From a virus, in the IMG/VR virus record IMGVR_UViG_3300032053_000060, positions 3,842 to 67,841 of that record: a stretch of DNA of 64,000 bases; one strand, 5' to 3'. Made by a program: the position numbers and the translations under genes. Shown here one piece after another: positions 35,704 to 46,121 of this stretch. Each line of letters opens with the position of its first letter. The first letter of the stretch is position 1. The notes under the pieces were generated by a model. That model was not told the DNA's origin. It ran no database searches and saw only the letters and a program-made list of their open reading frames with translations.

Positions 35704-38700
35704 ATGTCGATTAAAGCTTTACAAGAATATACTCGTTATGCTAAATATGCAAAATTTTTACCAGAAAAACAACGTAGAGAAACCTGGGATGAACAAGTTG
35801 ATAGAGTTTTTGATATGCATGCTAAAAAATTAGGTGATAAATTAGAATTAATAAAGGATGATTTTGAATTTGCTAAAAATATGATGCGTCGTAAACGTAT
35901 ATTAGGATCTCAAAGAGCCTTACAGTTTGGTGGTGAACCAATTTTAAAGAAAAATGTTAGAATTTATAATTGTTTTGATAAAAACACCAAATTTATTACA
36001 AATAAAGGAACGAAATCATTTAAAGAATTTAATGATGGCGATGATGTTACAGTTTTATCTGGTCTTGGTAATTGGAAACCAGCTAAAGTCAAATCATATG
36101 GTGAACAATCGTTAAATAAAATTATTATAAAAAGAGGATTAGCTGAATATACAATAAACGCCACTAAAAATCATAGGTGGATATTAAAAGATGGCAGTGA
36201 AACAACAAATTTAAAAGTTGGAGACAGCTTACAATTTGCTCCAAATATAACAAATTCAGAATATGATGATTTTACACCGTTCCAAAAACTTTATTGGTGT
36301 TATGGGTATGTTTATGGTGATGGAACCAAATTAAAGAATAAAAAAGGAGAATATGTGTATTCTATGGTTAGATTATGTAAAAAAGATTCAAAATATCAAA
36401 ATAGATTTACTGAAATGGGATTTAAAACAAATACAAATTTATCATTAAACGGTGATTTTTTTGCATACACTGGATCTTATTTGAAAACTTGTCCAAATTT
36501 AGAAACGGATTCTAAAGAATTAATATACGCTTTTATAAAAGGATATTTAGCTGCTGACGGTAATAAAAACAGATCAAATGATGTGTTACGAACATATGAA
36601 TCTATTCAATCATCAGAAAAATCTCACATAGAATTTTTAAGAAAAGCGTTACCAATGTGTGGATATTACATCGTATCTGAAAAAGATTTAACTGGTGAAG
36701 AAACTAATTTTGGTATTAGACCATATACTATACAATTTAGAATAATTAATACATATGGAAAAACTGCCGTATCCTTTAAAGTAGATGAAATAATAGAAAA
36801 TATAAAAACGGAAATGGTATGGTGTCTTGAAGTAGAGGATGATAAATCGTTTGTTTTACCACACGGGTTTGTTACTGGAAATTGCTGCGCTTCATATTGT
36901 GATCGTCCTAGATTTTTCCAAGAAGCATTATTTAATTTATTAGCTGGAACTGGTGTAGGGTTTAGCGTTCAATTAAAAGATATTGAAAAATTACCAACAA
37001 TAAATAAATTAAATGATGAAAAAGTCATTTATAATATAGAAGACAGTATTGAAGGATGGTCTGATGCTTTAGGAATATTAGTATCATCATATTTTACTAA
37101 CAATCAACCATTTGAAGAATATTTTGGAAAAACAATACAATTTAACTTTGATAAAATAAGACCATCAGGCTCCCCTTTAAGTTGGGGTGGTAAAGCTCCA
37201 GGACCAAATGCTTTGAAAAAAAGTTTAGAAAAAATTAAAAATATATTCGAAATTGCTTTAAATGATGGAAGAAATAAATTAAAACCTATTGAAGCATATG
37301 ATATAGTTATGCATGCTTCAGATGGTGTTATTTCTGGAGGAGTTCGTAGATCAGCAACTATTTGCTTATTTTCTCCATTCGATGAAGAAATGTGTAAAGC
37401 TAAAACTGGAGATTGGTTTATTAAAAATCCGCAAAGAGGAAGATCGAATAACTCCGCAATTTTAGTAAGAAACAAAACTACAAAAGAAGAATTTAATAAA
37501 TTATTTAAATCAACAAAAGAGTTTGGTGAACCTGGATTTGTATGGGCTGAAAATGATAGGGTTCTTTTTAACCCATGTTGTGAGATTTCACTTTATGGAT
37601 ATACAGAAGATAGTGAATCTGGATGGGAATTTTGTAATTTATGTACTATAAATATGAAAAAATGTAAGACAGAACAAGATTTTTTTGATGCATGTAAAGC
37701 ATCTTCAATATTAGGAACTATTCAAGCTATGTATACAGATTTTCCATATTTAGGAAATGTGACTGAAAAAATAGTTCGTAGAGAAGCCTTATTAGGATGT
37801 TCTATTACTGGTTTTATGGATAATCCAGAAATAGCATTAAATCCAAAAATTCAAAAAAATGGTGCCGAAATAATAGTAAAAGAGAATGAAAAAATTTCTA
37901 AAATATTAGGGATAAATGCGGCAGCAAGAGTTACGACAGTAAAACCTGAAGGCTCGGCATCATGTTTATTAGGAAGTTCATCTGGCATTCATCCACATCA
38001 TGCAAAAAGATATATTAGACGAGTACAAGCTAATAAATCTGAATTTCCTTTACAGTATTTTAAATTACATAATCCTAAAGCTATAGAAGAGTCTGTTTGG
38101 TCACAAAATAAAACAGACGATGTTATTTCATTTTTATGTGAAGTTCCAGAAGGAGCTAGAGTTAAAACCCAAATTGGAGCAATCGAATTATTAAAAAATG
38201 TAATGTCTACACAACAAAATTGGATAGAGTATGGCACTACAAAAAGAAGTGTACAACCATGGTTGAGACATAATGTAAGTAATACAATAACTGTTAAAGA
38301 TTCAGAATGGGATGAAGTTGAAAAATTTATTTATGACAATAAACAATGGTTTGCTGGAATTTCGTTATTACCAGCTAGTGGTGATTTGGATTATCCACAA
38401 GCTCCATTTTCAACAATTTTAACAGAAAAAGAAATAATATTGGAATTTGGCGAAGGTGCTTTATTTGCGTCTGGATTAATTGTGGACGGACAACACGCAT
38501 TTGATAATAATTTATGGAAAGCGTGTGATAGCGCATTGGGTATTGGAGAAAAATTAGAATTACCAGTGTTATCATCGGAACCAACAATGCCTATAAAAAA
38601 TGGGTATACCAACAAAGTATACACACAAAAATTAAAAATATACACTGAAGAATTGACCAAGTTTTTTAATGATAAAGAAAAATATGATAAAATTTTCATG

Positions 38701-38970
38701 AAATTAGATTGGAATAGAAGATTTCAACAATTTTCTGATAGATATGTTGAAGGCAATTTGCGTAAATGTTGTCATTTATTAAAATATGTATCATTATGGA
38801 AATTATGGTTAGATTTAAAACGTGAATATGTTGATGTAGATTGGTCATTAGCTGTTGAAGAAGAATATAGTATTGATATGAGTACTATAGCTGGCGCAGC
38901 ATGTCAAGGTGGTGCGTGTGAAATAGGAGATTTAGGCGATTCTATAAAATCAGCAAAAGAAAATAAATGA
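35704..38970 (+). CDS. nrdJ: Class II (adenosylcobalamin-dependent, monomeric-type) ribonucleotide reductase with intein
   Basis: RRETWDEQVDRV, GTGVGFS, DSIEGW, SGGVRRSA, GEPG, NPCCEI, VKPEGS, C-terminal CQGGACEI; ATG 35704 behind TAGGAG. Confidence 0.92.
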   Translation: MSIKALQEYTRYAKYAKFLPEKQRRETWDEQVDRVFDMHAKKLGDKLELIKDDFEFAKNMMRRKRILGSQRALQFGGEPILKKNVRIYNCFDKNTKFITNKGTKSFKEFNDGDDVTVLSGLGNWKPAKVKSYGEQSLNKIIIKRGLAEYTINATKNHRWILKDGSETTNLKVGDSLQFAPNITNSEYDDFTPFQKLYWCYGYVYGDGTKLKNKKGEYVYSMVRLCKKDSKYQNRFTEMGFKTNTNLSLNGDFFAYTGSYLKTCPNLETDSKELIYAFIKGYLAADGNKNRSNDVLRTYESIQSSEKSHIEFLRKALPMCGYYIVSEKDLTGEETNFGIRPYTIQFRIINTYGKTAVSFKVDEIIENIKTEMVWCLEVEDDKSFVLPHGFVTGNCCASYCDRPRFFQEALFNLLAGTGVGFSVQLKDIEKLPTINKLNDEKVIYNIEDSIEGWSDALGILVSSYFTNNQPFEEYFGKTIQFNFDKIRPSGSPLSWGGKAPGPNALKKSLEKIKNIFEIALNDGRNKLKPIEAYDIVMHASDGVISGGVRRSATICLFSPFDEEMCKAKTGDWFIKNPQRGRSNNSAILVRNKTTKEEFNKLFKSTKEFGEPGFVWAENDRVLFNPCCEISLYGYTEDSESGWEFCNLCTINMKKCKTEQDFFDACKASSILGTIQAMYTDFPYLGNVTEKIVRREALLGCSITGFMDNPEIALNPKIQKNGAEIIVKENEKISKILGINAAARVTTVKPEGSASCLLGSSSGIHPHHAKRYIRRVQANKSEFPLQYFKLHNPKAIEESVWSQNKTDDVISFLCEVPEGARVKTQIGAIELLKNVMSTQQNWIEYGTTKRSVQPWLRHNVSNTITVKDSEWDEVEKFIYDNKQWFAGISLLPASGDLDYPQAPFSTILTEKEIILEFGEGALFASGLIVDGQHAFDNNLWKACDSALGIGEKLELPVLSSEPTMPIKNGYTNKVYTQKLKIYTEELTKFFNDKEKYDKIFMKLDWNRRFQQFSDRYVEGNLRKCCHLLKYVSLWKLWLDLKREYVDVDWSLAVEEEYSIDMSTIAGAACQGGACEIGDLGDSIKSAKENK
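35971..36882 (+). mobile_element. Intein (304 aa) with LAGLIDADG endonuclease in NrdJ
   Basis: YN | CFDKNTKF, ATKNHRW, YGYVYGDG and FIKGYLAADG, VWCLEV..FVTGN | C. Confidence 0.93.
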
Positions 38971-39035
38971 AATCGCAAACGTATAAAATAACCTCACGAA
39001 CGAGTTTGGTATAAGTGGAAACGATTTGGAAAACA

Positions 39036-39542
39036 TTAAACATCTTTAGACAATAGACTTATTGTATATATTTCTGGATTTTGTAATCCGAACATATATA
39101 CAATATCTCCAGCTTTAGTGTTAGCTTCAGCTTCTAATTCTAGATTCCTACCATTTAAATCTTTAGGAATTTTATTTAACGTATTTTGCCAGTAATGAGT
39201 TAATTCATGTGCAATAGTTCTTATAATATCTGCTAATCCTCTATTTTTACCATATACATTAATAATATTACCATTTAAATCAAAAGAACCATAAGTCATA
39301 CCTTCTTTTCTTGTAAATAAAATATTAATTTTTGGTATTTCTTCTAATTCTAATTGTTCTTTTATGAAATCCATAAATTTTTGAATTATCATTATATTAT
39401 TATCATTAATATTAAATTCTGGTTCAAAAGATATATTTTGTTTATCAGATTCAGTTAATGGTATATACGATTCTTCTAAAATTTGATCTATTTCAAGTTC
39501 TGACTCTGTAAATTTATTTATTAATTTAGTTTTAAATGACAT
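39036..39542 (-). CDS. HExxH zinc metallopeptidase-like late protein
   Basis: DIIRTIAHELTHYWQ...LEAEAN; TATAAATA at 39561-39568. Confidence 0.75.
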   Translation of the reverse strand: MSFKTKLINKFTESELEIDQILEESYIPLTESDKQNISFEPEFNINDNNIMIIQKFMDFIKEQLELEEIPKINILFTRKEGMTYGSFDLNGNIINVYGKNRGLADIIRTIAHELTHYWQNTLNKIPKDLNGRNLELEAEANTKAGDIVYMFGLQNPEIYTISLLSKDV

Positions 39543-39592
39543 AATATATCCTTTTTACTATATTTATATCTTTTATAATCGTATTTTATATA

Positions 39593-40156
39593 TTATAATT
39601 TTTCCCAAAGTAAAAAGTCTTCTTTAAAATAATCTTTAATCAATGAAATTTGTTTTAATGATAAATCATTTATTATATATTTTTTATCAGATGTATTTAT
39701 ATTTGGAAATTCTGGTGGAATATTTATATTAAATTTTTCATTTATATCTTTTATAATGATATTAAGACCATTTTCATATTTATAAATTTTATCATGTTTA
39801 AAAAATTTTACATGAGTTATTTGTTTTTTATATTCTAAATTATATTTTAAAAAATCTACTTTTTCTATAAGTGATAAATCTATTTCTGAAGAATTTAAAA
39901 TATTTTTGAAAAGATTTAGTACATTAATTTTTACAATAATATTAGTATTTATATAATTTATTACACTAACATACCTATTTATCGGATTTCTGAGTATTGT
40001 AAATATAAAATTATTTTCATTTTCATATTTTTTAAATTGTGTATCTAATATATGTTCCGTAGATAAAAATTTAATATTTTTTAAATTTTCATTAAAATGT
40101 TTTATAATAGAACGACCGCCAGTTTTTGCAATATGATTAAATAAAATATGATTCAT
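39593..40156 (-). CDS. Sulfotransferase family 2-like protein
   Basis: FNHIAKTGGRS (5'-PSB loop), ILRNPINRYVS (3'-PB), YFKEDF. Confidence 0.8.
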   Translation of the reverse strand: MNHILFNHIAKTGGRSIIKHFNENLKNIKFLSTEHILDTQFKKYENENNFIFTILRNPINRYVSVINYINTNIIVKINVLNLFKNILNSSEIDLSLIEKVDFLKYNLEYKKQITHVKFFKHDKIYKYENGLNIIIKDINEKFNINIPPEFPNINTSDKKYIINDLSLKQISLIKDYFKEDFLLWEKL

Positions 40157-40163
40157 ATATTTA

Positions 40164-41960
40164 TTATGAGAAAGTTTTTTGAATTTCTTCTATTTCTTCT
40201 AACTTTGTAAAATCATTCTCTTTTTTAAGTTTAATAATTCTATCAAAATGATTATTATCTATTTCTGATTTATGAGTTATTATATAGACGCAAAGCTCGG
40301 GATACATAGTTGTTAATTTTGTTTTCAAAAATGACATAAGATTTTCAATACCAGTTCTACACATAGAACTATCTAAAATTTCGTCTAATATAAGTATATT
40401 ACAATTTATACTATTTTGCATTTTTGTTATATCTAAAAATGAAAACATAAAAGCTAAATCTATTCTTTTTTCTTCACCTGATGAAAAGTTATTATAAGAA
40501 AATTCATCTCTATTTCTAGATTTTAAAGTTTCTTTTAATTCTTTATCGAAAGAAATATTATAATTAGCACCAAACATTGATAAGTAAGTATTCATATTTT
40601 TATTTAATAATGGTACTATTTTATTAACAATATAAGTTCTAATGCCTTCTTCACCTAATATATTTCGTAAATAATCTGAATAATTTAATAAATTTTCATA
40701 TTCCGAATATTCATTTTCTTTTTTAGTTAATTTTGTTTTACATATTTGTATTTCTTCGTCTGTTACTACATTGGTTAATTGTAATGTTTTATTTTTAGTA
40801 GATTCTATTTTAGAATCAACTTCTCGTAAATTGTAATTAAGTTCTTCAATTTTTTTAGAAATATTTAAATCTTTTTTTATTAAAATATCTACTTTATTAA
40901 GTTTATCAACTATTTCAGTTAATTTTAAGTTACCATTTGAAATACTTAATTTATAGTTATTAAAAGTTTCAATTTTGGAATTTATTTCAATTTCAATAGT
41001 ATTAAGATGATTATGGTCTGAATCTGTATTTGTAGGTTTTTTACAAGTTGGACAAAATGGATTCAATTTATAAAATTCTTTTTCTTTATTTAATTTTTTT
41101 ATTTCATTACTTAATGAATTGTAATTTGCTTCAATTTTGTATATTTTATTTTGAAAATCATTTTTAGCAAAAGTTAACTTATCTTTAATTTCGTTATAAT
41201 TTTTATTAGATAATTGAGTCGTATAATCAACATTCGCGTCTATTAATTGTTGTTTTTTGATTGATAACTCTGTTAATTCATTTTGTTTAGTATTTTCAAA
41301 TTCTTGTTGTAATTTATTTAGTTTATTTTGCGTTTCTGTTTTATCATTTAATAGGGTGTTTAAAGATTCTAAATCTCTTTCAACTATTTTTTTATTTTGT
41401 TTATGTTCATTATACTCTTTAGAAACTTTTTTAAACATTTTCCCATAAACTGATAAATTTAAACCATCTTCAAAAATTGTTCTTTTTTCAGAAGCTTCCA
41501 ATTTAAAAAATGGTTTTGAATAACCTATATTCAAAGTTATAGAATTTATAAATGATAATTTTGATATTTTAATTAAATCGTTTATTTTTTGTTGAGTTTC
41601 TTTTTTAGAAGTAGTTTTATTATCTACTTCATTTTCATTTATTAATCTACAATAATTAGGAGATAATCCACGTTCAATTTTATATGGAACGTCATTAATA
41701 TCTAAGAATAATGTTATTTCACACTCTTTACCATTTAGCTTGTTTATCATTTGATCTATATTTAGATTGCGCATAGAACTACCAAATAATGCAAATATAA
41801 TTGCATCGTTCAATATAGATTTACCTATACCGTTTGTAGTATCTTGAGTAGGATTTCTTCCGATTATAGCGTTAATACCTGAAGTGAATGTATATTCTAG
41901 TGGTATGGCACCAACAGAAAAGAAATTTTTTATTATAAGTTTTTTAAAGTGAAGTTTCAT
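40164..41960 (-). CDS. gp46: Recombination exonuclease ATPase subunit (gp46/SbcC/Rad50)
   Basis: KNFFSVG, NGIGKS, CPTC hook, FSSGEEKRIDLA, ILDE. Confidence 0.95.
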   Translation of the reverse strand: MKLHFKKLIIKNFFSVGAIPLEYTFTSGINAIIGRNPTQDTTNGIGKSILNDAIIFALFGSSMRNLNIDQMINKLNGKECEITLFLDINDVPYKIERGLSPNYCRLINENEVDNKTTSKKETQQKINDLIKISKLSFINSITLNIGYSKPFFKLEASEKRTIFEDGLNLSVYGKMFKKVSKEYNEHKQNKKIVERDLESLNTLLNDKTETQNKLNKLQQEFENTKQNELTELSIKKQQLIDANVDYTTQLSNKNYNEIKDKLTFAKNDFQNKIYKIEANYNSLSNEIKKLNKEKEFYKLNPFCPTCKKPTNTDSDHNHLNTIEIEINSKIETFNNYKLSISNGNLKLTEIVDKLNKVDILIKKDLNISKKIEELNYNLREVDSKIESTKNKTLQLTNVVTDEEIQICKTKLTKKENEYSEYENLLNYSDYLRNILGEEGIRTYIVNKIVPLLNKNMNTYLSMFGANYNISFDKELKETLKSRNRDEFSYNNFSSGEEKRIDLAFMFSFLDITKMQNSINCNILILDEILDSSMCRTGIENLMSFLKTKLTTMYPELCVYIITHKSEIDNNHFDRIIKLKKENDFTKLEEIEEIQKTFS

Positions 41961-41963
41961 ATT

Positions 41964-43061
41964 TTATTCTTCATTTTCAACGAGGTTATATAATTTATTA
42001 ACATATAGTTTAAAATCATCCTTAGATAAATGTTCTGGTAATGATAAATTATCAATATATTCGTTTAAAAATAATAACGCATTACCTTGAATATTTTCAA
42101 CCATATCTTCAGAATTTATTTCTTCTAACCCACCACTCGTTTCATCTATACTATCATATTTCAATGAAAATTCTTTTATTTTATTTTCTATTTTTAATAA
42201 TTCATTAGGATCTATAATTTTATCTATTTTCAATTTTATAAAATTATTACCCAATTCGTTTATTAAATCTGAATTTTCTAGTAATTCTGAGAGTTTTACT
42301 TGCTTATGTTTTGGTGATACTGTATTTTCGACAAATTCTCCAGTTTTTGAAATTGTATCAAAAATTGTAAAGCCTTTAATATCTCCATAATCATTCGAAG
42401 TTATTTCGTAAGGACATCCCAAATATTGAATATTACCGTATGTTCTTCTTAGATGAAAGTGACCAGAGTAAACTGAACCAAAAACATCAAATTCAGATTG
42501 ATTTATACCTTTATCTTCAACTACTCCAGCAACCATTTCAAATCCATTAATTTCAAAGTGTCCTAAACATAAATCGAAATATTTCTTATTAGATTTTTTA
42601 CATTTTTGAATAATTTCCGTGAATTTATTATAATTAAAAGATTCTTTAATTAACCATGGAACCAATAGTGTTTTACATCCATTTAAATCTATTTGGGTTA
42701 TTTGCGTAATAACTTCAATTCTAGGGTCAAAATGTTTAAACATTGATAATGCATTTATTTCTAATGTATTTTTATAATATATTTCATGATTACCACTTAA
42801 CATATGAATAGTTACATTTGGAAGTTCTTTCAATAGTTTTTCCATCAATTTTATTGTTGTATCTTTAACTAAAACATTAGTAGTATCAGGACAATCAAAA
42901 AAATCTCCCAAAATAAATATTTTTTCAACATTGCTAGATTGTAATTTTGGAATAAACGATTTAGCAAAAAATTCTACTTGATGCTTTAAAAATTTTTCAA
43001 GCAATAAGGGTGAAGATTTTTTAACACCAAAATGTAAATCTGATATAAGGGCTATTTTCAT
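41964..43061 (-). CDS. gp47: Recombination nuclease subunit (gp47/SbcD/Mre11)
   Basis: SDLHFG, LGDFFD, GNHE, GHFE, SGHFH; ATG 43061 preferred start. Confidence 0.95.
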   Translation of the reverse strand: MKIALISDLHFGVKKSSPLLLEKFLKHQVEFFAKSFIPKLQSSNVEKIFILGDFFDCPDTTNVLVKDTTIKLMEKLLKELPNVTIHMLSGNHEIYYKNTLEINALSMFKHFDPRIEVITQITQIDLNGCKTLLVPWLIKESFNYNKFTEIIQKCKKSNKKYFDLCLGHFEINGFEMVAGVVEDKGINQSEFDVFGSVYSGHFHLRRTYGNIQYLGCPYEITSNDYGDIKGFTIFDTISKTGEFVENTVSPKHKQVKLSELLENSDLINELGNNFIKLKIDKIIDPNELLKIENKIKEFSLKYDSIDETSGGLEEINSEDMVENIQGNALLFLNEYIDNLSLPEHLSKDDFKLYVNKLYNLVENEE

Positions 43062-43084
43062 AGCGAATATTATAACACAGTATT

Positions 43085-43603
43085 TCAATTAAGCAAGATA
43101 TCATCCTTTTTAAAGAAATTCTTTTCTCTAAAATATTTTTCTATATATCCCTTAACAGCTTCGTTATGTTTGGTTTCTTTTTTAATAACTTGAATAAAAG
43201 CATTAATTGCAATTTGTGTACAATATGCAAAAGATGACATAACTTTTTTATTAGTTCTTTTTGAAATAGAATCTGGATCGTAATTCTTACTATATTTTAA
43301 TAAAAAGAAAATAGCTTTAGACTTCATTTCTTCTAGATAACTATAGCCAGAAAAACTAGATTTTGTGGCAAGATTTTCAACCAAATCTAAAAATATCTCT
43401 CCCAACCGCTCTGATGCCATGCCACTTTTTTTAAATTTAATTAATTCATTTTTTAATTCTTCACTATTTACATGCTGTCTTTTTACAATTTTTATTTTTC
43501 CTTTGCCTCGTTTTCTATTTCTAATATCAATTTTAGAAGCATTTTCTGTGGGAGTTTTTATTACCTCTTGCAACTTTATTTTAGTTTTTTTAGAAATAGC
43601 CAT
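43085..43603 (-). CDS. gp55: Late transcription sigma factor (gp55)
   Basis: LGEIFL..LATKSSFSGYSYLEEM..FAYCTQIAINAFIQVIKKE; ATG 43603 behind AGGAG; TATAAATA promoters present in the window. Confidence 0.9.
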   Translation of the reverse strand: MAISKKTKIKLQEVIKTPTENASKIDIRNRKRGKGKIKIVKRQHVNSEELKNELIKFKKSGMASERLGEIFLDLVENLATKSSFSGYSYLEEMKSKAIFFLLKYSKNYDPDSISKRTNKKVMSSFAYCTQIAINAFIQVIKKETKHNEAVKGYIEKYFREKNFFKKDDILLN

Positions 43604-43729
43604 TATAAATCTCCTATTAATTGATTTAATAACTAACAAATTATAACATATAAATGAAATAAATATTATTATTGTAAAAATAAAAGATATAAGGTATAAT
43701 AATACATCAACAATATATTTGGAGTTAAT

Positions 43730-44803
43730 ATGGCAGAACGTATATGTAGTTACCCTAGCGATAAAAATGGATGTGGTATGTTAAGAACTATCGTACCATT
43801 ACAATTTATGACTACAAAATTAGAATGGGATTCGACATTCGTATATCAATTTGTATTTGACTTAAATTTAATATTAAGAACTACTTCATGGTTGAGATTT
43901 CAAAGACAATGCACTGAAAATCAATTCACATGTATTAGTGAATATAAAAAGTTCATTAATCAACATAAATCGCCAACTAAGCTCATGTATGAATTAGACG
44001 ATTTGGTTCATGGTATAGAACCTCATAATATTCTGGCATATCAATTTTATACTCCAATACGTCGTCAAAATGTAGTTAATATAATGAAAATGTGTGACAA
44101 AGTTACATTTTCTACGCAATTTTTAAAAGATTTTTATCAGCAAAATTTTGGTATAAATCATTCTCACGTTATTCCTAATTTTTTACCAAAGTTTTTATGG
44201 AATCCTGATTTTAGCAAAAGTAAACGACCTAACAAAACAAAACCTGTAGTGTGTTGGGGTGGGTCTAGCTCCCACGTCGGTCCAGGTGGCGATTTAGAAT
44301 TCTTATTGCCAATGGTAGAAGCGACAATGGATGAATTTGAATGGTTGTTTATTGGCGTGTTACCTCCAATATTTGCGGAACAAGTTGGAAATAGACAAAA
44401 AATTGCATCAAAATATGAAGGTAAATTATCATTTATTCCTTGGGCACATTTTTGGGAATATGCTACTATGATGCAGACTGTTAAAGCTGATATTTGCATT
44501 GCGCCTATTACAGATAGTGTATTCAATTTAGCAAAATCTGATTTAAAATATTTAGAATATTGCGCGATGAATATACCTGCAATTTGTTCAACAATAGGTA
44601 ATAAAAAAGGTCCATACGATTTAGTTGGATGTACTAACTTGGTTGAAAATGATGCAGATGCATGGTATCAAGCTATAAAAAATTTATTAGGTGATGAAAA
44701 TAGAAAGGCTAAAACGCTAGAAATTCAACAGAAACATGTAAATGCGCGTTGGTTAGAAAATGAAGAAAATGTCGAAGTGTATAGAAAAGTATATTCAGAA
44801 TAA
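43730..44803 (+). CDS. Glycosyltransferase (GT-B/GT4-like)
   Basis: GCGMLR, YELDDL, VIPNFLP, WGGSSSH, DICIAPI..FNLAKSDLKYLEY. Confidence 0.85.
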   Translation: MAERICSYPSDKNGCGMLRTIVPLQFMTTKLEWDSTFVYQFVFDLNLILRTTSWLRFQRQCTENQFTCISEYKKFINQHKSPTKLMYELDDLVHGIEPHNILAYQFYTPIRRQNVVNIMKMCDKVTFSTQFLKDFYQQNFGINHSHVIPNFLPKFLWNPDFSKSKRPNKTKPVVCWGGSSSHVGPGGDLEFLLPMVEATMDEFEWLFIGVLPPIFAEQVGNRQKIASKYEGKLSFIPWAHFWEYATMMQTVKADICIAPITDSVFNLAKSDLKYLEYCAMNIPAICSTIGNKKGPYDLVGCTNLVENDADAWYQAIKNLLGDENRKAKTLEIQQKHVNARWLENEENVEVYRKVYSE

Positions 44804-44806
44804 AAC

Positions 44807-44834
44807 TTGCAATCTGTATTAATGGTGATATAAT
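44807..44834 (+). promoter_or_regulatory. sigma70-like promoter TTGCAA-N16-TATAAT
   Basis: Read directly. Confidence 0.6.
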
Positions 44835-44858
44835 ATCTCTCCTAAAGAGGGGTAAATT

Positions 44859-45167
44859 ATGCAAGCAACACCAAGTTATGCGGAATCTATAACATTATTT
44901 AATTCATTATTATTTTCCTGTACTAAAGATATTGGTCAGAAAAATTTTAAAAATGCAGAAAAATCATTAGAAAAAGCTTTAAAATTGTTAAAATATCTTC
45001 CAAAAATCCAAAAAATTGACGAAAAAAGAAATAATTTGAATTCTCTAAAGCAAGAAAATCAAAAATTAAATAAAGTTTTAATAGAATCTAAAAATCTTTT
45101 AAATAAACAAAAAAATATTATCGAAGAATTAAATAAAAACATTTTAAATCAGCCAATTAAAAAGTAA
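44859..45167 (+). CDS. Hypothetical coiled-coil protein
   Basis: 102-aa ORF, GAGGGG RBS. Confidence 0.7.
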   Translation: MQATPSYAESITLFNSLLFSCTKDIGQKNFKNAEKSLEKALKLLKYLPKIQKIDEKRNNLNSLKQENQKLNKVLIESKNLLNKQKNIIEELNKNILNQPIKK

Positions 45168-45195
45168 TTGACCTAGTTAATAAACTAAGTATACT
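45168..45195 (+). promoter_or_regulatory. sigma70-like promoter TTGACC-N16-TATACT
   Basis: Read directly. Confidence 0.55.
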
Positions 45196-45236
45196 TTAAA
45201 TATACCCATTAATAAACAACCATTTAAGGAGAACCC

Positions 45237-45674
45237 ATGGGACTCAATACTGAAGAAAAAGAAGAAAAGCCAAAAAAACTTTTCACCATCACTATAGACG
45301 TATACGACACTGGCGACTCAGATTCGTCTATGGTAGAATATCGAAAAAGTGCTAGTGGACTAGGACGACCGCGCAAGTGGGAACTTACTCCAGGAGACTT
45401 CGTTCGTCGAGTCGAAGAAACATTAGGAGATTACTCCAGTCTATTGTCGGATTGGAATAATTTAATTGGAAAAAGTTCAAAAGAATTAGCAGGACTCACA
45501 TTAGCGTCATTAGCTGCATCTTCTGCTATAGCATCTTCTAATACCATTAAAACCGTCCAAGTTAAGGATAATGTAGAAACTAAAAAGTCTAAAACTAAGC
45601 GAAATCAAAATGAATCTGAATCTGATATGACTGAAGATATGGACTTTGGTTCATTTGATAAGCCTACTGAATGA
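45237..45674 (+). CDS. Hypothetical protein
   Basis: 145-aa ORF with AAGGAG RBS, acidic C-terminus. Confidence 0.75.
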   Translation: MGLNTEEKEEKPKKLFTITIDVYDTGDSDSSMVEYRKSASGLGRPRKWELTPGDFVRRVEETLGDYSSLLSDWNNLIGKSSKELAGLTLASLAASSAIASSNTIKTVQVKDNVETKKSKTKRNQNESESDMTEDMDFGSFDKPTE

Positions 45675-45892
45675 CTGATATTTTTATAAATTATTTGCAA
45701 TATGAAACATTGCCAAAATTATCATTTTGGAAAAAATTATTTTTATCAGATTTAAACATTCTAGAAATAGAAAATAAAATAAACGATAAAAATTTTAAAT
45801 TGTGGAAAAAACATGTTGCAAATTGTCTTCGTGAACATATAATACCACCAGAGAAACCTAAAAGGTTATCTTATACCAAGGAGTTAAAATGA
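45671..45892 (+). CDS. Hypothetical protein
   Basis: 73 aa, ATGA-coupled to both neighbours. Confidence 0.65.
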   Translation: MTDIFINYLQYETLPKLSFWKKLFLSDLNILEIENKINDKNFKLWKKHVANCLREHIIPPEKPKRLSYTKELK

Positions 45893-46092
45893 ACGGCAGA
45901 GTAGCAAAACGATTACGTAAACAAACAGAATTTAAAAAAACTAAACAAGTTGAAATTATTGGAGACTATAATATAAACTTGGGATATAGAATTTTAAATG
46001 TACCAAAAACAACCTTAAAAAAGTTGACAGATTCTGAAAAATTAATTAAACAAAATTATAAAAAAGCTAAAAAACAATATAATCAACATTAA
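45889..46092 (+). CDS. Small basic hypothetical protein
   Basis: 67 aa, MNGRVAKRLRK, AAGGAG RBS. Confidence 0.65.
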   Translation: MNGRVAKRLRKQTEFKKTKQVEIIGDYNINLGYRILNVPKTTLKKLTDSEKLIKQNYKKAKKQYNQH

Positions 46093-46121
46093 TTTTAAAG
46101 CTTTAATATAAAGGGGCTTAG

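Noticed and set aside
38970-39035. Imperfect hairpin between convergent nrdJ and peptidase genes
   Set aside because: Only a 6-bp outer stem and weak inner pairing, no U-tract; too weak to call a terminator
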